A stretch of DNA of 38,874 nucleotides from Candidatus Coliplasma caballi. GTDB taxonomy: Bacteria; Bacillota; Clostridia; Oscillospirales; CAG-382. The first letter of the stretch is position 1. The number at the start of each line of letters is the position of its first letter. Below are positions 24,204-33,215 of the stretch, piece after piece. A program made the position numbers and the translations under genes. The notes under the pieces are model-generated. The model had not been told where the DNA came from and ran no database searches. It worked only from the letters and a program-made list of their open reading frames with translations. The DNA is taken from the NCBI GenBank assembly GCA_018065365.1, contig JAGHTH010000137.1, positions 1 to 38,874 on the forward strand, read 5' to 3'.

Positions 24204-24275
24204 CGTACAACATTCCTTTCTTTGATTCGAAAATAAAAATACGCGCGACAAAACCTGCTCTCCGGCGTTCTTTTT

Positions 24276-24551
24276 TCAAGAAACGGACAGCAGGAAAGAT
24301 TGCAGGAGCAAAATCAGCAGATAAGTCGCCAGATTGGACAGATCCACCGGAACCAACTCCGCAAGAGCGGTCCTGTCCAGAGCACTCCGGACAGGAGCCA
24401 CCAACGGTTCCGAAAGCACGCAGCAAAACGCAAACAGCAGCGAGTCTTCCGACACGAACAGCGGCAGGATGCTGCGCAAGAACACCGCGGTGCCGATGAC
24501 GAACAAAACCGCCAGAACGGTCGCCTCGGTTACCTGAACGAGAATCTCCAA
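24276..24551 (-). CDS. YggT family membrane protein
   Basis: About 91 aa with two TM segments, in the conserved position between sepF and divIVA. I chose the TTG start at 24551 after GGAAAAGAG, so the start is uncertain. The longer track ORF would overlap sepF. Confidence 0.65.
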   Translation of the reverse strand: MEILVQVTEATVLAVLFVIGTAVFLRSILPLFVSEDSLLFAFCCVLSEPLVAPVRSALDRTALAELVPVDLSNLATYLLILLLQSFLLSVS

Positions 24552-24579
24552 AGTATCGGTCTCTTTTCCTTTTCTACAA

Positions 24580-25035
24580 TCAGAACAGTTCTCTGGACTT
24601 GGGAGAATCGTCGGGACGCTGTGCCGTATCAACGTCTGCCGTTACGTCCACGTTCTTGGGCGTCGCGATATAGGTCGCGTCGGAAACCTTTTTGATGTTG
24701 CCGTCGATCGCGAAGACCACGCCGCCGACAAAGTCAAGGATGCGGCGGATCGTTTCTTTGTTGGTTTCTTCGAAGTTGATGACGACGGTGCGTCTCGCGA
24801 GCAGGTGCTCACCGATGCCGAAAGCGTTCTCGATGCGCTCGGGTTTGACCACCTTCATTTCGAGCGGAGCGGACGAACCGATTCCGGTCGATTTGGGTGC
24901 GGATGCGGGAGCGGCTTTCATTTCAATGTTCTCCGCAGTCTCTTCTTCCTCGACGGCACCGAAGTTTTCCTCTTCCTCTTCCATATAGCCGTCTTCGCCT
25001 TTGAACATATCACTGACACGTCCGAAAAATCCCAT
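24580..25035 (-). CDS. sepF: cell division protein SepF
   Basis: MGFFGRVSDMFKG..., then an acidic linker, then the conserved C-terminal domain (MKVVKPERIENAFGIGEHLLARRTVVINFE...). The SD GGAGG lies upstream of the ATG at 25035. Confidence 0.9.
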   Translation of the reverse strand: MGFFGRVSDMFKGEDGYMEEEEENFGAVEEEETAENIEMKAAPASAPKSTGIGSSAPLEMKVVKPERIENAFGIGEHLLARRTVVINFEETNKETIRRILDFVGGVVFAIDGNIKKVSDATYIATPKNVDVTADVDTAQRPDDSPKSRELF

Positions 25036-25073
25036 GATGTACCTCCAAAAATGTTTTTGATCTATCTCTTTTT

Positions 25074-25769
25074 TTATTTCGTGTTGTTTTCCCCGCCATA
25101 ATTCCGCTCGCCGAAAACGGCGCTTCCGATCCGGACGAGGTTGGAGCCGTTCTCCACGGCGGACAGGTAATCCCCGCTCATACCGACGGACACAATACTC
25201 CATTCCTTATTATCTTCTTTTTTTGCGCGGATGTCAAGGAATTTTTGCGATATTTTTTGAAAATTCTTCTTTTTTTCTTCTTCCGTGCAATTTTTCGGCG
25301 GCACCGCCATCACTCCGCAGGGGATCAGATGCGGAAAAGCCGCGAGCGCATCGACGAACGACTCGGTTTCCTCCGGTGCGATCCCGGATTTCCCCGGCTC
25401 GTTTCCGACGTTGATCTCCACCAGAATTCTCATGGAGAGATCCCGTTTCGCCGCCTGCTTTTCGATTTCCCGCGCAAGCGCGATACTGTCCACCGATTCG
25501 ATCATCGAAACCTTATCGATGATGTATTTGACCTTGTTGGTCTGCAAATGCCCGATGAAATGGATCTGCGCGTTCTTCTTGTCGATCGCGTCGTATTTTT
25601 CGAGCAGTTCCTGCACGCGATTCTCGCCGATCAGTCTGACGCCTTTGGAAATGGCAAAGTTGATCAGCTCGGCAGGCACCGTTTTGGTCGCCGCGAGCAG
25701 TTCCGCTCTGCCGTCAAGTTCCGAAAGGATCCTTTCGATCGCCGCGGCGATCTGTTCTTTTCCGTTCAT
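25074..25769 (-). CDS. YggS-family pyridoxal-phosphate homeostasis protein
   Basis: 231 aa with LLAATKTVP (PLP lysine) and HFIGHLQTNKVKY motifs. Confidence 0.9.
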   Translation of the reverse strand: MNGKEQIAAAIERILSELDGRAELLAATKTVPAELINFAISKGVRLIGENRVQELLEKYDAIDKKNAQIHFIGHLQTNKVKYIIDKVSMIESVDSIALAREIEKQAAKRDLSMRILVEINVGNEPGKSGIAPEETESFVDALAAFPHLIPCGVMAVPPKNCTEEEKKKNFQKISQKFLDIRAKKEDNKEWSIVSVGMSGDYLSAVENGSNLVRIGSAVFGERNYGGENNTK

Positions 25770-25780
25770 TCCCGGGGCCT

Positions 25781-27055
25781 CTATTGCAGCGTCTTTCCGA
25801 CGTACAGATCCGTACCCGACAGGATGACGGTATCGTACAGGGAAAGGTATTCGGGCGAAATATACGCGCGGTCGATCCGTCGTTCCGTTACGGGATTTTC
25901 GGGGATGCGGCAGATCGTGTACTCGTCGTTGCGGTAAATCACGTCCGCTTTTTTGAACACCACGCGCGTTCCGTCCAGAACGTAACAGCCGACTTCCCCG
26001 TCCAGCACACGAAGCGCGGACGTATGCACGCGGATCCCTTCGTACTCGCCCAGCGAAAGCTGAACGGTCTGGTTCCGCGAAAAATCAAATCCCTCCGGGA
26101 GCTGCCGGCACGAGAAGATCAGCACCTCGGTATCCGAGTCCGTCTGCATCAGCCGTCTGTCAAAACTCATCCGGATCGAAAGTCCGCCGGAATACGGGAA
26201 CGAAACCGAATAACTTCTGCCGACGGTGTAGTGCGCGGCGGTCTTACGGTCGGTCGCGACCGCGATGCTCCATTCCGCGTTGCTCACGAGTTTTCCGCAG
26301 GCGTTTTGCAGAATGCGGTTGTCCGGCTCGGACTCCGTCAGCCGGCGGAACCGTTCCACCGTCAGATCGGCAAGCGCTTCCATCGAAAAAGTTCCTTCGT
26401 AGCCGTCCACGCCGGAATAGAAATAGCCCGAATCGGGCGCGATAACCTGCACGGACTCGCCCTGCAAGGAACGCTCTAAATCCGCTTTTTCCTGTTTCAG
26501 AACGTTGATGCGGGTCGCGAACGAAACGCCGTCGCTGCCTAACAGCGATTGCCTGCGATTCATTTCGATCAAGAGCGGCTCCTCGCCGCGCTGCGCTTTG
26601 AACAGGTCGCCGTCGGCGATCTCGCGCAGCATTTCGACGGTCATTTCCTCAATGTTCTTGTCAAGCACGGACAGGTCGGTCGTGATCGCGCCGCTTTTCA
26701 GCCCGGACTGTTCGAGAATGCGGATCATGCGGTCGATCCGCGTGATCTTTTCCTGCAAACCGGCGTCGGTTTCCTGCAAATAGGTAACCGCGACGGTCTC
26801 GCCCTTGACGACCTTCGCCCCCGATTCCGCCAGATAACTGTTGGTGCCGGTGGTGCCGCTGTAAAGCGGTTTTTCGTCGCGGAACAGGTACGCTTCCAGA
26901 CGTACGGAGTCCGTAACGGTCGCGAAAGTGGTATTCTCGGTATCGACGACCTCGCCGATGCCGAGTGTCAGCTGAACGATCAGATATACGCAGAGCCCCA
27001 CCAGAAGCACCGTGGAACCGAACTGCGCAAAAAAGGTTTTCAGACTGCGGCTCAT
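25781..27055 (-). CDS. membrane-anchored HlyD / membrane-fusion-like protein
   Basis: 424 aa with an N-terminal TM helix, a barrel-sandwich-like GAKVVKGETVA segment, a coiled-coil stretch and a beta-rich C-terminus. The family call is by architecture only. It ends in TAG. Confidence 0.5.
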   Translation of the reverse strand: MSRSLKTFFAQFGSTVLLVGLCVYLIVQLTLGIGEVVDTENTTFATVTDSVRLEAYLFRDEKPLYSGTTGTNSYLAESGAKVVKGETVAVTYLQETDAGLQEKITRIDRMIRILEQSGLKSGAITTDLSVLDKNIEEMTVEMLREIADGDLFKAQRGEEPLLIEMNRRQSLLGSDGVSFATRINVLKQEKADLERSLQGESVQVIAPDSGYFYSGVDGYEGTFSMEALADLTVERFRRLTESEPDNRILQNACGKLVSNAEWSIAVATDRKTAAHYTVGRSYSVSFPYSGGLSIRMSFDRRLMQTDSDTEVLIFSCRQLPEGFDFSRNQTVQLSLGEYEGIRVHTSALRVLDGEVGCYVLDGTRVVFKKADVIYRNDEYTICRIPENPVTERRIDRAYISPEYLSLYDTVILSGTDLYVGKTLQ

Positions 27056-27076
27056 GCGTTTTCCTTTCCCGGTCGG

Positions 27077-27976
27077 TCAATCTGCTCCGATGACGACCGT
27101 TTCGTCCGTATGCATCGCGGAGAACCAGGTCTCCTGTCGTTTGGCGTAATGTCTGGTATTCAGGCAGATGGCGTCGCGCACGTCCCGCAGCGTCGCCGTG
27201 CCGTCAAAATACGGGTAAAATTCCTTGTAGCCGATCGCCTGGGAAGCCGTCGGCGTTTCCCGGAGTCCGCGCTCGCAGAGCGCCCGGACTTCCGCTTCCA
27301 GCCCTTTCCCGAACATCGCGTCCACGCGAGCGTCGATGCGGCGGTACAACTTCTCACGGTCGCCGAAAGTCAGACGGACGATGTGCGGCGCGAACGGATT
27401 GTCCGCTTCTCTGCTCTGCCTGTCCGCCTCGGTCTTGGTCATTCCGGACGTGCGGCAGATCTCCAGCGCGCGCACCACGCGCTTGACGTTGTTGGGGTGG
27501 ATCGCCGCAGCCGCTTCGGGATCTTCTTTGCGTAACAGCGAATGCAGCGCCTCGTTGCCGTTGGCTTCGGCGTAGCGGAACAGTTCCTCCCGCAGCGCCG
27601 GATCGGCGGTCGTTTCGACCAACTTTCTGCCGGTCAGCAAAAGTTCGATATAAAGTCCGGTGCCGCCGCAGACGATCGGCGTTTTGCCGCGCGAAGCGAT
27701 CTCAAAGATCGCCTGCTTTGCCTGCTCGATGAACTTCCCCGCCGAGAACGGCTCCGCGATCTCCGCGACGTCGATCAGATGGTGCGGAACGCCTTTCTGT
27801 TCTTCGGGGAGCGTCTTCGCCGTACCGATGTCCATTCCGCGATAGATCTGCATGGAATCTCCGCTGACGATCTCGCCGTCCGTTTCCTTTGCCAGCCGGA
27901 TCGCGTATGCGCTTTTTCCCGTCGCGGTAGGTCCGACGACGGCGTAAACGGGGATCCGACCTGTTGTTTCCGGCAT
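27077..27976 (-). CDS. miaA: tRNA dimethylallyltransferase
   Basis: P-loop VVGPTATGKS, then SGDSMQIYRGMDIGTAK and VPHHLIDV. Confidence 0.95.
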   Translation of the reverse strand: MPETTGRIPVYAVVGPTATGKSAYAIRLAKETDGEIVSGDSMQIYRGMDIGTAKTLPEEQKGVPHHLIDVAEIAEPFSAGKFIEQAKQAIFEIASRGKTPIVCGGTGLYIELLLTGRKLVETTADPALREELFRYAEANGNEALHSLLRKEDPEAAAAIHPNNVKRVVRALEICRTSGMTKTEADRQSREADNPFAPHIVRLTFGDREKLYRRIDARVDAMFGKGLEAEVRALCERGLRETPTASQAIGYKEFYPYFDGTATLRDVRDAICLNTRHYAKRQETWFSAMHTDETVVIGAD

Positions 27977-28028
27977 ATTCCACCTCGTAAAAACGTCCTG
28001 ATTTTCGGCTTATAGTAAGTTAGTTTAT

Positions 28029-28057
28029 ATTATATCATAGAATTTCCCGGAATGCAA
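28029..28057 (-). promoter_or_regulatory. sigma-A type promoter heading the miaA-to-rlmH array
   Basis: Minus strand reads TTGCAT, a 17-nt spacer, then TATAAT with TGa. It lies 52 nt upstream of the miaA ATG. Confidence 0.5.
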
Positions 28058-28109
28058 GGGAAAAACGACAGTTTATACTTTTTTTACATTTCTCTTACAG
28101 AAAAAAGCG

Positions 28110-28140
28110 GAGAAAAGAAAAAGTCCGCGCAAGGCGGGCT
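28110..28140 (-). terminator. candidate intrinsic terminator of queA
   Basis: Minus strand reads AGCCCGC-cttgc-GCGGACT (7 bp including one G-U pair) followed by TTTTCTTTTCT. It lies 14 nt after the queA stop. Confidence 0.5.
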
Positions 28141-28153
28141 TTCCCGAAAATAT

Positions 28154-29218
28154 TCACACGATGAGCATGGCGTCTCCGAAAGAGAAGAAGCGGTATCTCT
28201 GCTCCACGGCTTCCTTGTAAGCGTTCATGGTATGCTCGTAGCCCGCAAACGCGGACACCAGCATGATCAGCGTACTTTCGGGCAGGTGGAAATTCGTGAT
28301 CAATCCGTCGATGGCGTGGAATTTCTTCCCGGGGTACAGAAAAATGTCGGTCTGCCCCTCAAACGCGTGGACGATTCCCTGCTCGTCGGTTACGCTCTCG
28401 AGCGTACGCACGCTGGTCGTTCCGACGGCGAATACCCTGCCGCCGCTTCGTTTCACTTCGTTGATCGCGTCCGCCGCTTCTTTCTTAACGCAGATATATT
28501 CCGAATGCATCTTATGAGCGAGAATATCGTCTTCTTTGACCGGACGGAACGTTCCGAGCCCGACGTGCAGCAGCACGCGGACGATCTTCACACCGGCTTC
28601 TTCCAGTTCCGCGAGCAGTTCGGGCGTGAAGTGCAGCCCGGCGGTCGGCGCCGCGGCGGAGCCGTTGGTTTTGGCATAGACGGTCTGGTACTGATCCCGG
28701 TCTTCCAGGCGCTTTTTGATGTACGGCGGCAGCGGCATCAGCCCGATGCGTTCGAGCAGCTCCAGAAACACACCCTCGTAGGAAAAGCGGATCACACGCA
28801 CCCCGTCGTCCAGCACGTCGATGACTTCTCCGGTCAACCCCTCGGGGTAGCGGATGATCTGCCCGACGCGCGTCTTTTTGCCCGGCTTGGTCAACGCCTG
28901 CCACACCTCGCCGTCCGCGTCTTTTACCCGGGAGAGCAGCACCGTTTCGATATTGCCTTCCCTGCCGTCCGCCGTTCCGAAAATGCGGGCGGGGATCACG
29001 CGCGTATCGTTGATGACCAGGCAATCGCCGGGATGAAAATACTGTTTCACATCAAAAAAATGCAGATGCTCGGTCTTCCCGTCGTCCTTGTGCAGCACCA
29101 GCAGCCGACAGGCGTCGCGCCGCTCGGAAGGGGTTTGCGCAATCAGTTCCTCGGGAAGATCGTACGCGTAGGCGGATCGTTTCATCAGATCCGGCATACC
29201 GCTTTGTTGTTCGTCCAT
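28154..29218 (-). CDS. queA: S-adenosylmethionine:tRNA ribosyltransferase-isomerase
   Basis: YDLPEELIAQTPSERRDACRLLVL..., PLPPYI and AAPTAGLHFT motifs. I chose the ATG at 29218 (SD AAGAGGA). Confidence 0.93.
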   Translation of the reverse strand: MDEQQSGMPDLMKRSAYAYDLPEELIAQTPSERRDACRLLVLHKDDGKTEHLHFFDVKQYFHPGDCLVINDTRVIPARIFGTADGREGNIETVLLSRVKDADGEVWQALTKPGKKTRVGQIIRYPEGLTGEVIDVLDDGVRVIRFSYEGVFLELLERIGLMPLPPYIKKRLEDRDQYQTVYAKTNGSAAAPTAGLHFTPELLAELEEAGVKIVRVLLHVGLGTFRPVKEDDILAHKMHSEYICVKKEAADAINEVKRSGGRVFAVGTTSVRTLESVTDEQGIVHAFEGQTDIFLYPGKKFHAIDGLITNFHLPESTLIMLVSAFAGYEHTMNAYKEAVEQRYRFFSFGDAMLIV

Positions 29219-29255
29219 GACCGTTTTGTCCTCTTGCTTTCGGTTATTTCGTGTT

Positions 29256-29284
29256 ATTTTAGCGCATTTTCTGCAAAAAATCAA
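29256..29284 (-). promoter_or_regulatory. candidate sigma-A promoter for queA
   Basis: Minus strand reads TTGATT, a 17-nt spacer, then TAAAAT. It lies 37 nt upstream of the ATG at 29218. Confidence 0.4.
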
Positions 29285-29305
29285 GAAGAAAATGAAAAAA
29301 AGGAC

Positions 29306-29334
29306 TTGATTTTTGCAAAAAAATATGCTATACT
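29306..29334 (+). promoter_or_regulatory. sigma-A type promoter for rpmE
   Basis: TTGATT, a 17-nt spacer (tttgcaaaaaaatatgc), then TATACT with an extended TGc. Confidence 0.55.
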
Positions 29335-29406
29335 ACCCCTCGCATAAAAAATATTGATCCGGCGTTGGGAATGTCGGGTCCACGAAGAAAGCGAGGAAAC
29401 ACGAAC

Positions 29407-29607
29407 ATGAAACAGGGTATTCATCCGGATTTTAAGGACACCACCATCACTTGCGCTTGCGGTGCGGTTTACCACACCAAGTCCGTCAAGGAAAATCTGA
29501 AGGTTGATATCTGCTCCAAATGCCACCCCTTCTTTACCGGCAAGCAGAAGTTTGTCGATGCGGGCGGTCGTGTGGATAAGTTCAAGAAGAAGTTCAATCT
29601 CGGTTAA
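29407..29607 (+). CDS. rpmE: 50S ribosomal protein L31
   Basis: [19 protein letters not shown]...[28 protein letters not shown] (66 aa) is the zinc-ribbon type A form. An SD-like GAGGAAAC lies upstream of the ATG. Confidence 0.95.
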   Translation: MKQGIHPDFKDTTITCACGAVYHTKSVKENLKVDICSKCHPFFTGKQKFVDAGGRVDKFKKKFNLG

Positions 29608-29623
29608 TTTCCGAAACAAAGAG

Positions 29624-29657
29624 CAGCGCACCAAGCCGTGCGCTGTTTTCTTTTTCC
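29624..29657 (+). terminator. intrinsic terminator of rpmE
   Basis: CAGCGCAC-caagcc-GTGCGCTG followed by TTTTCTTTTT. Confidence 0.75.
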
Positions 29658-29678
29658 TTTGAGAGAGGAGGAAACGTT

Positions 29679-30944
29679 ATGTCGGAAACCATTTTACAAA
29701 AAGAAGAACACACCTTTGCCGTTCTCGTCGCCGCCACGCTCGGCAGGGCGGAAAGCGAATGCGAGCGTTCGCTGGACGAGTTGAAACGGCTGCTGGAAAC
29801 CGCCGGCGGCGAGCCCGCCGCGATCGTTCTGCAAAATCGCCCGCACCCCGAAAAAGCCACGCTGATCGGCAGCGGAAAATGTGAGGAGATCGCTTCGCTC
29901 GTCAAAGCGGACGACCGGATCGGGCTCGTGGTGTTCGACCACGAACTGTCGCCGTCGCAGATCGCGAACGTGGAAGATATCGTCGGCGTCCGCGTCATCG
30001 ACCGCACCATGTTGATCCTCGATATATTTGCGCTTCACGCCGTTACGGGCGAAGGAAAATTGCAGGTGGAGATCGCCTGTCTGCGCTACACGGCGCCGCG
30101 ATTGGTCGGACACGGAAAAGACCTGTCCCGTCTCGGCGGCGGTATCGGTACGCGCGGCCCCGGCGAGAGCAAGCTGGAAAGCGACCGCCGCCACATCCGT
30201 CGCCGCATCGAAGCTTTGGAAGCCGAACTCGGCGATCTGGAACGCACCCGCTCGGTCAAACGCGCGCAGCGCACCCGTTCGGGCATCCCGACCGTCGCGA
30301 TCATCGGCTATACGAACGCCGGGAAATCGACGCTGTTAAACCGTCTGACCGACGCCGGCATTCTGGCGGAGGACAAGCTGTTCGCCACGTTGGATCCCAC
30401 CACGCGCCGCCTGACTTTGCCGGAGGGGACGGAGGTACTGCTGACCGACACCGTCGGCTTCATCGACCGCCTGCCCACGCATCTGGTCAAGGCGTTCCGC
30501 TCGACGCTGGAGGAACTGACCTACTGCGACTTTATCCTGCGGCTGACCGACGGCTCGGAGGAGCCCGGAGAGCGCGAACGCAAACGCGCCGTTACGGACG
30601 GTCTGATCCGTGAACTGAACGCGGGCGACAAACCCCTTTTGGAAGTCTATAACAAAATGGATCTCGTCGAAGATCCCGGCGCGCAGCTGCTTCCCGGCGA
30701 CGCGGTGGAAATTTCCGCCGGAACGGGCGCCGGCATCGAAACGCTGCTGACCGTGCTGGAACAAACGGTCAACGGCGGGAAAAAGACGCTGCGGCTGTTC
30801 TTTCCGCACGAAGCGGCGGCAAAGGTCAGCGAGGCGTACCGGCTCGCGACCGTGCAGAGCGTCGAATACACCCCCGAGGGAACGCTTCTGACCGCGTGCT
30901 GCGACCTTCGCGCGCAGGGATATTTCGCAAAATGGATCGTCTGA
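29679..30944 (+). CDS. hflX: GTPase HflX
   Basis: GTRGPGESKLESDRR is the HflX N-domain signature. G1 is GYTNAGKST and G3 is DTVGF. The SD is GGAGGAAA. Confidence 0.95.
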   Translation: MSETILQKEEHTFAVLVAATLGRAESECERSLDELKRLLETAGGEPAAIVLQNRPHPEKATLIGSGKCEEIASLVKADDRIGLVVFDHELSPSQIANVEDIVGVRVIDRTMLILDIFALHAVTGEGKLQVEIACLRYTAPRLVGHGKDLSRLGGGIGTRGPGESKLESDRRHIRRRIEALEAELGDLERTRSVKRAQRTRSGIPTVAIIGYTNAGKSTLLNRLTDAGILAEDKLFATLDPTTRRLTLPEGTEVLLTDTVGFIDRLPTHLVKAFRSTLEELTYCDFILRLTDGSEEPGERERKRAVTDGLIRELNAGDKPLLEVYNKMDLVEDPGAQLLPGDAVEISAGTGAGIETLLTVLEQTVNGGKKTLRLFFPHEAAAKVSEAYRLATVQSVEYTPEGTLLTACCDLRAQGYFAKWIV

Positions 30945-30960
30945 TTTTCCGCGTCCGTCA

Positions 30961-30989
30961 TTGACAGAACGCAAAAAAAGTGCTATACT
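30961..30989 (+). promoter_or_regulatory. sigma-A type promoter for the CapA-family gene
   Basis: TTGACA, a 17-nt spacer (gaacgcaaaaaaagtgc), then TATACT with TGc. It lies 35 nt upstream of the TTG at 31025. Confidence 0.55.
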
Positions 30990-31024
30990 TGTGCTAACGA
31001 ATCCACCACGAAAGGACACCGATT

Positions 31025-32356
31025 TTGAAAACACGGAGATTACTTGCAGTCTTGATGCTGCTTTGCTTTCTGTTCGCCTGCGGCTGCGAGCTGACCGAAG
31101 AAAACCCGTTCGTCGAGAGTTCTTCGGGAGAAGATCCTTCCGCAGAGCCGTCCTCCCTCCCCGCGTCGTCCGAGGTATTTGAAACGACGAGCGTCGAGGA
31201 CATCGTTCTTCCCGAGGAAGACACCGTTTTGCATTTCGTCGCCTGCGGCGATAACATTCTGCACCCGTCCGTTTACTATCACGGAATGGAGGTCTATGCC
31301 GAGGAGCACGGGCAGCAATGCACCTACGCGGCGGCAAACGACGACAACTACGATTTCCATTCGATCTACGAATTCGTCGCGCCCGCGATGAAAGAAGCGG
31401 ACGTCTGCTACGTCAATCAGGAAACGCTGTTCATGGGCGGGACGAACGCCATTTCGGGTTATCCGCGCTTCAATTCCCCCGAGATCATCGGCGCGACGCT
31501 GTACGATCTCGGCGTGGACGTCGTAAACCTCGCTCACAATCATATGCTGGACTGCGGCTCCGACGCGGCGGTCAAAAATTCCGCGGCGTTTTTCAAGAAT
31601 CTCGGCATGACGCCGATCGGATATTATTCCGGCACCGCCGACACCGAGAACATCGTCATTCTGGAAAAAGAGGAGATCAAGATCGCCCTGCTCTCCTATA
31701 CCGAACACACCAACGGCATCCGCAACAACACCTCGACCTGCATTCCCTACCTGGAAGAATCTCTGGTGCGCAAGCAGGTCGCGCTCGCGAAGCAGCAGGC
31801 GGATCTGGTCGTCGTTTCGGCGCATTGGGGCGACGAATACCGCTGGAATCCCACGAGCAACCAAAAGAAATACGCCCAGCTGTTCTGCGATCTCGGCGTG
31901 GACGTCGTGATTGGGATGCACCCGCATTGCATCGAGCCGATGGAATGGAAAACGAACGCGGAAGGACACAAAACGCTGATCACGTATTCGATCGGAAACT
32001 TCGTTTCGGGGATGCACGAAGGAATGTGCCACCTCGAAGGAATGCTGAAATTCGACATCCGCAAGGACGTGGACACCGGCGCCGTTTCGGTCGAGAACCC
32101 CACCTTCGTCCCGCTCGTCATCCACTTTGAAGCGGGCACGAGCGTGAACCGCTCCATTGACACGGGATACCGCAAATTCAAGATCTATTACCTGTCCGAT
32201 TACACGGCGGAACTTGCCGCCTCGCACGGCATTCACAAGCGCGAAAAAGAATTCCCCGGCTACCAACTGAACGGCGGGAAATTCGACCTCGATTGCCTGT
32301 ACGCGACCGTGAAAGCGATCATCCCGGCGGAGTTTCTGCCGGAAGAATTCCGTTGA
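31025..32356 (+). CDS. CapA-family (PGA_cap metallophosphatase-like) lipoprotein
   Basis: 443 aa with the lipobox-like LFAC-G and the motifs ACGDNILH, NLAHNHMLDCG, SAHWGDEY and GMHPHCIEP. Confidence 0.8.
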   Translation: MKTRRLLAVLMLLCFLFACGCELTEENPFVESSSGEDPSAEPSSLPASSEVFETTSVEDIVLPEEDTVLHFVACGDNILHPSVYYHGMEVYAEEHGQQCTYAAANDDNYDFHSIYEFVAPAMKEADVCYVNQETLFMGGTNAISGYPRFNSPEIIGATLYDLGVDVVNLAHNHMLDCGSDAAVKNSAAFFKNLGMTPIGYYSGTADTENIVILEKEEIKIALLSYTEHTNGIRNNTSTCIPYLEESLVRKQVALAKQQADLVVVSAHWGDEYRWNPTSNQKKYAQLFCDLGVDVVIGMHPHCIEPMEWKTNAEGHKTLITYSIGNFVSGMHEGMCHLEGMLKFDIRKDVDTGAVSVENPTFVPLVIHFEAGTSVNRSIDTGYRKFKIYYLSDYTAELAASHGIHKREKEFPGYQLNGGKFDLDCLYATVKAIIPAEFLPEEFR

Positions 32357-32375
32357 ACAACCCCAAAAAACGACA

Positions 32376-32405
32376 ACGGCTGACTTCGGTCAGCCGTTTT
32401 TTTGC
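32376..32405 (+). terminator. intrinsic terminator
   Basis: ACGGCTGAC-ttcg-GTCAGCCGT followed by TTTTTTTG. The stem is a perfect 9 bp. Confidence 0.85.
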
Positions 32406-32466
32406 GAAAAAAGCGGGAGAAACGATATAATTTATTGTAAGAAGTGTAAAAAATCTGCGGAAAGAC

Positions 32467-32495
32467 TTGCTTTTTTCGCGCGGCGGTTGTATAAT
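32467..32495 (+). promoter_or_regulatory. candidate sigma-A promoter for tmk and downstream genes
   Basis: TTGCTT, a 17-nt spacer, then TATAAT. A second candidate (TTGCGA, 18-nt spacer, TATAAT) lies at 32402-32431. Confidence 0.45.
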
Positions 32496-32547
32496 AAGAT
32501 GTTATAAAATTCGGTATTTTTGTTTTGAAGAAAGGATGTGGCTCGCC

Positions 32548-33213
32548 ATGCTGATCGCGCTGGACGGACTCGACGGCTCCGGCAAAGAAACGCAGACCAA
32601 ACTCCTGCTGCAATCGCTGGAGGAAATGGGAGTGCCCTACCGGTATCTTTCGTTCCCGACCTACGACGACGAAATGAGCGCAGCGGTCAAAATGTACCTT
32701 TCCGGCAGATTCGGGGAAGATCCCGCCGCCGTGAACGGCTACGCCGCGTCCTCTTTCTTTGCGGTCGATCGCGTCTGTTCCTATCTGCTGGATTGGAAAA
32801 AGGACTACGACGCCGGGACGCTCATCGTCGCAAACCGCTATACCACCGCCAACGCGGTGCATCAGCTTTCCAAACTCCCCCCCGAAGAAGCGGACGGGTT
32901 TCTGGACTGGCTGTTTGATTTTGAGTTCGGAAAACTCGGACTTCCCGCACCGGACCTCGTATTATACCTGTGTCTGCCGCCGGAAGTTTCGAGAGAACTG
33001 ATCCGGTACCGCACCGACACGACCGGGCGGGCAACCGATATTCACGAAAAGAGCAAAACACATTTGGAGCAAAGCTATCGCGCCGCCCTGTATTCTTCCG
33101 AAAAACTGGGCTGGACGCGGATCGACTGTGTCAAAGACGGTGCCTTACGCACGCGGGAAGATATCCACGCGGAAGTCAGAAAACACGTCGAAGCGTTGCT
33201 CGGAAAGAGGTAA
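32548..33213 (+). CDS. tmk: dTMP (thymidylate) kinase family protein
   Basis: MLIALDGLDGSGKETQ is the P-loop, and the size and layout fit Tmk. I chose the ATG at 32548 on SD spacing. Confidence 0.8.
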   Translation: MLIALDGLDGSGKETQTKLLLQSLEEMGVPYRYLSFPTYDDEMSAAVKMYLSGRFGEDPAAVNGYAASSFFAVDRVCSYLLDWKKDYDAGTLIVANRYTTANAVHQLSKLPPEEADGFLDWLFDFEFGKLGLPAPDLVLYLCLPPEVSRELIRYRTDTTGRATDIHEKSKTHLEQSYRAALYSSEKLGWTRIDCVKDGALRTREDIHAEVRKHVEALLGKR

Positions 33214-33215
33214 TC

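Noticed and set aside
31025-32356. The CapA-family gene as part of a poly-gamma-glutamate capsule locus.
   Set aside because: No capB or capC (pgsB or pgsC) genes are adjacent. Stand-alone CapA-like metallophosphatase lipoproteins are widespread.
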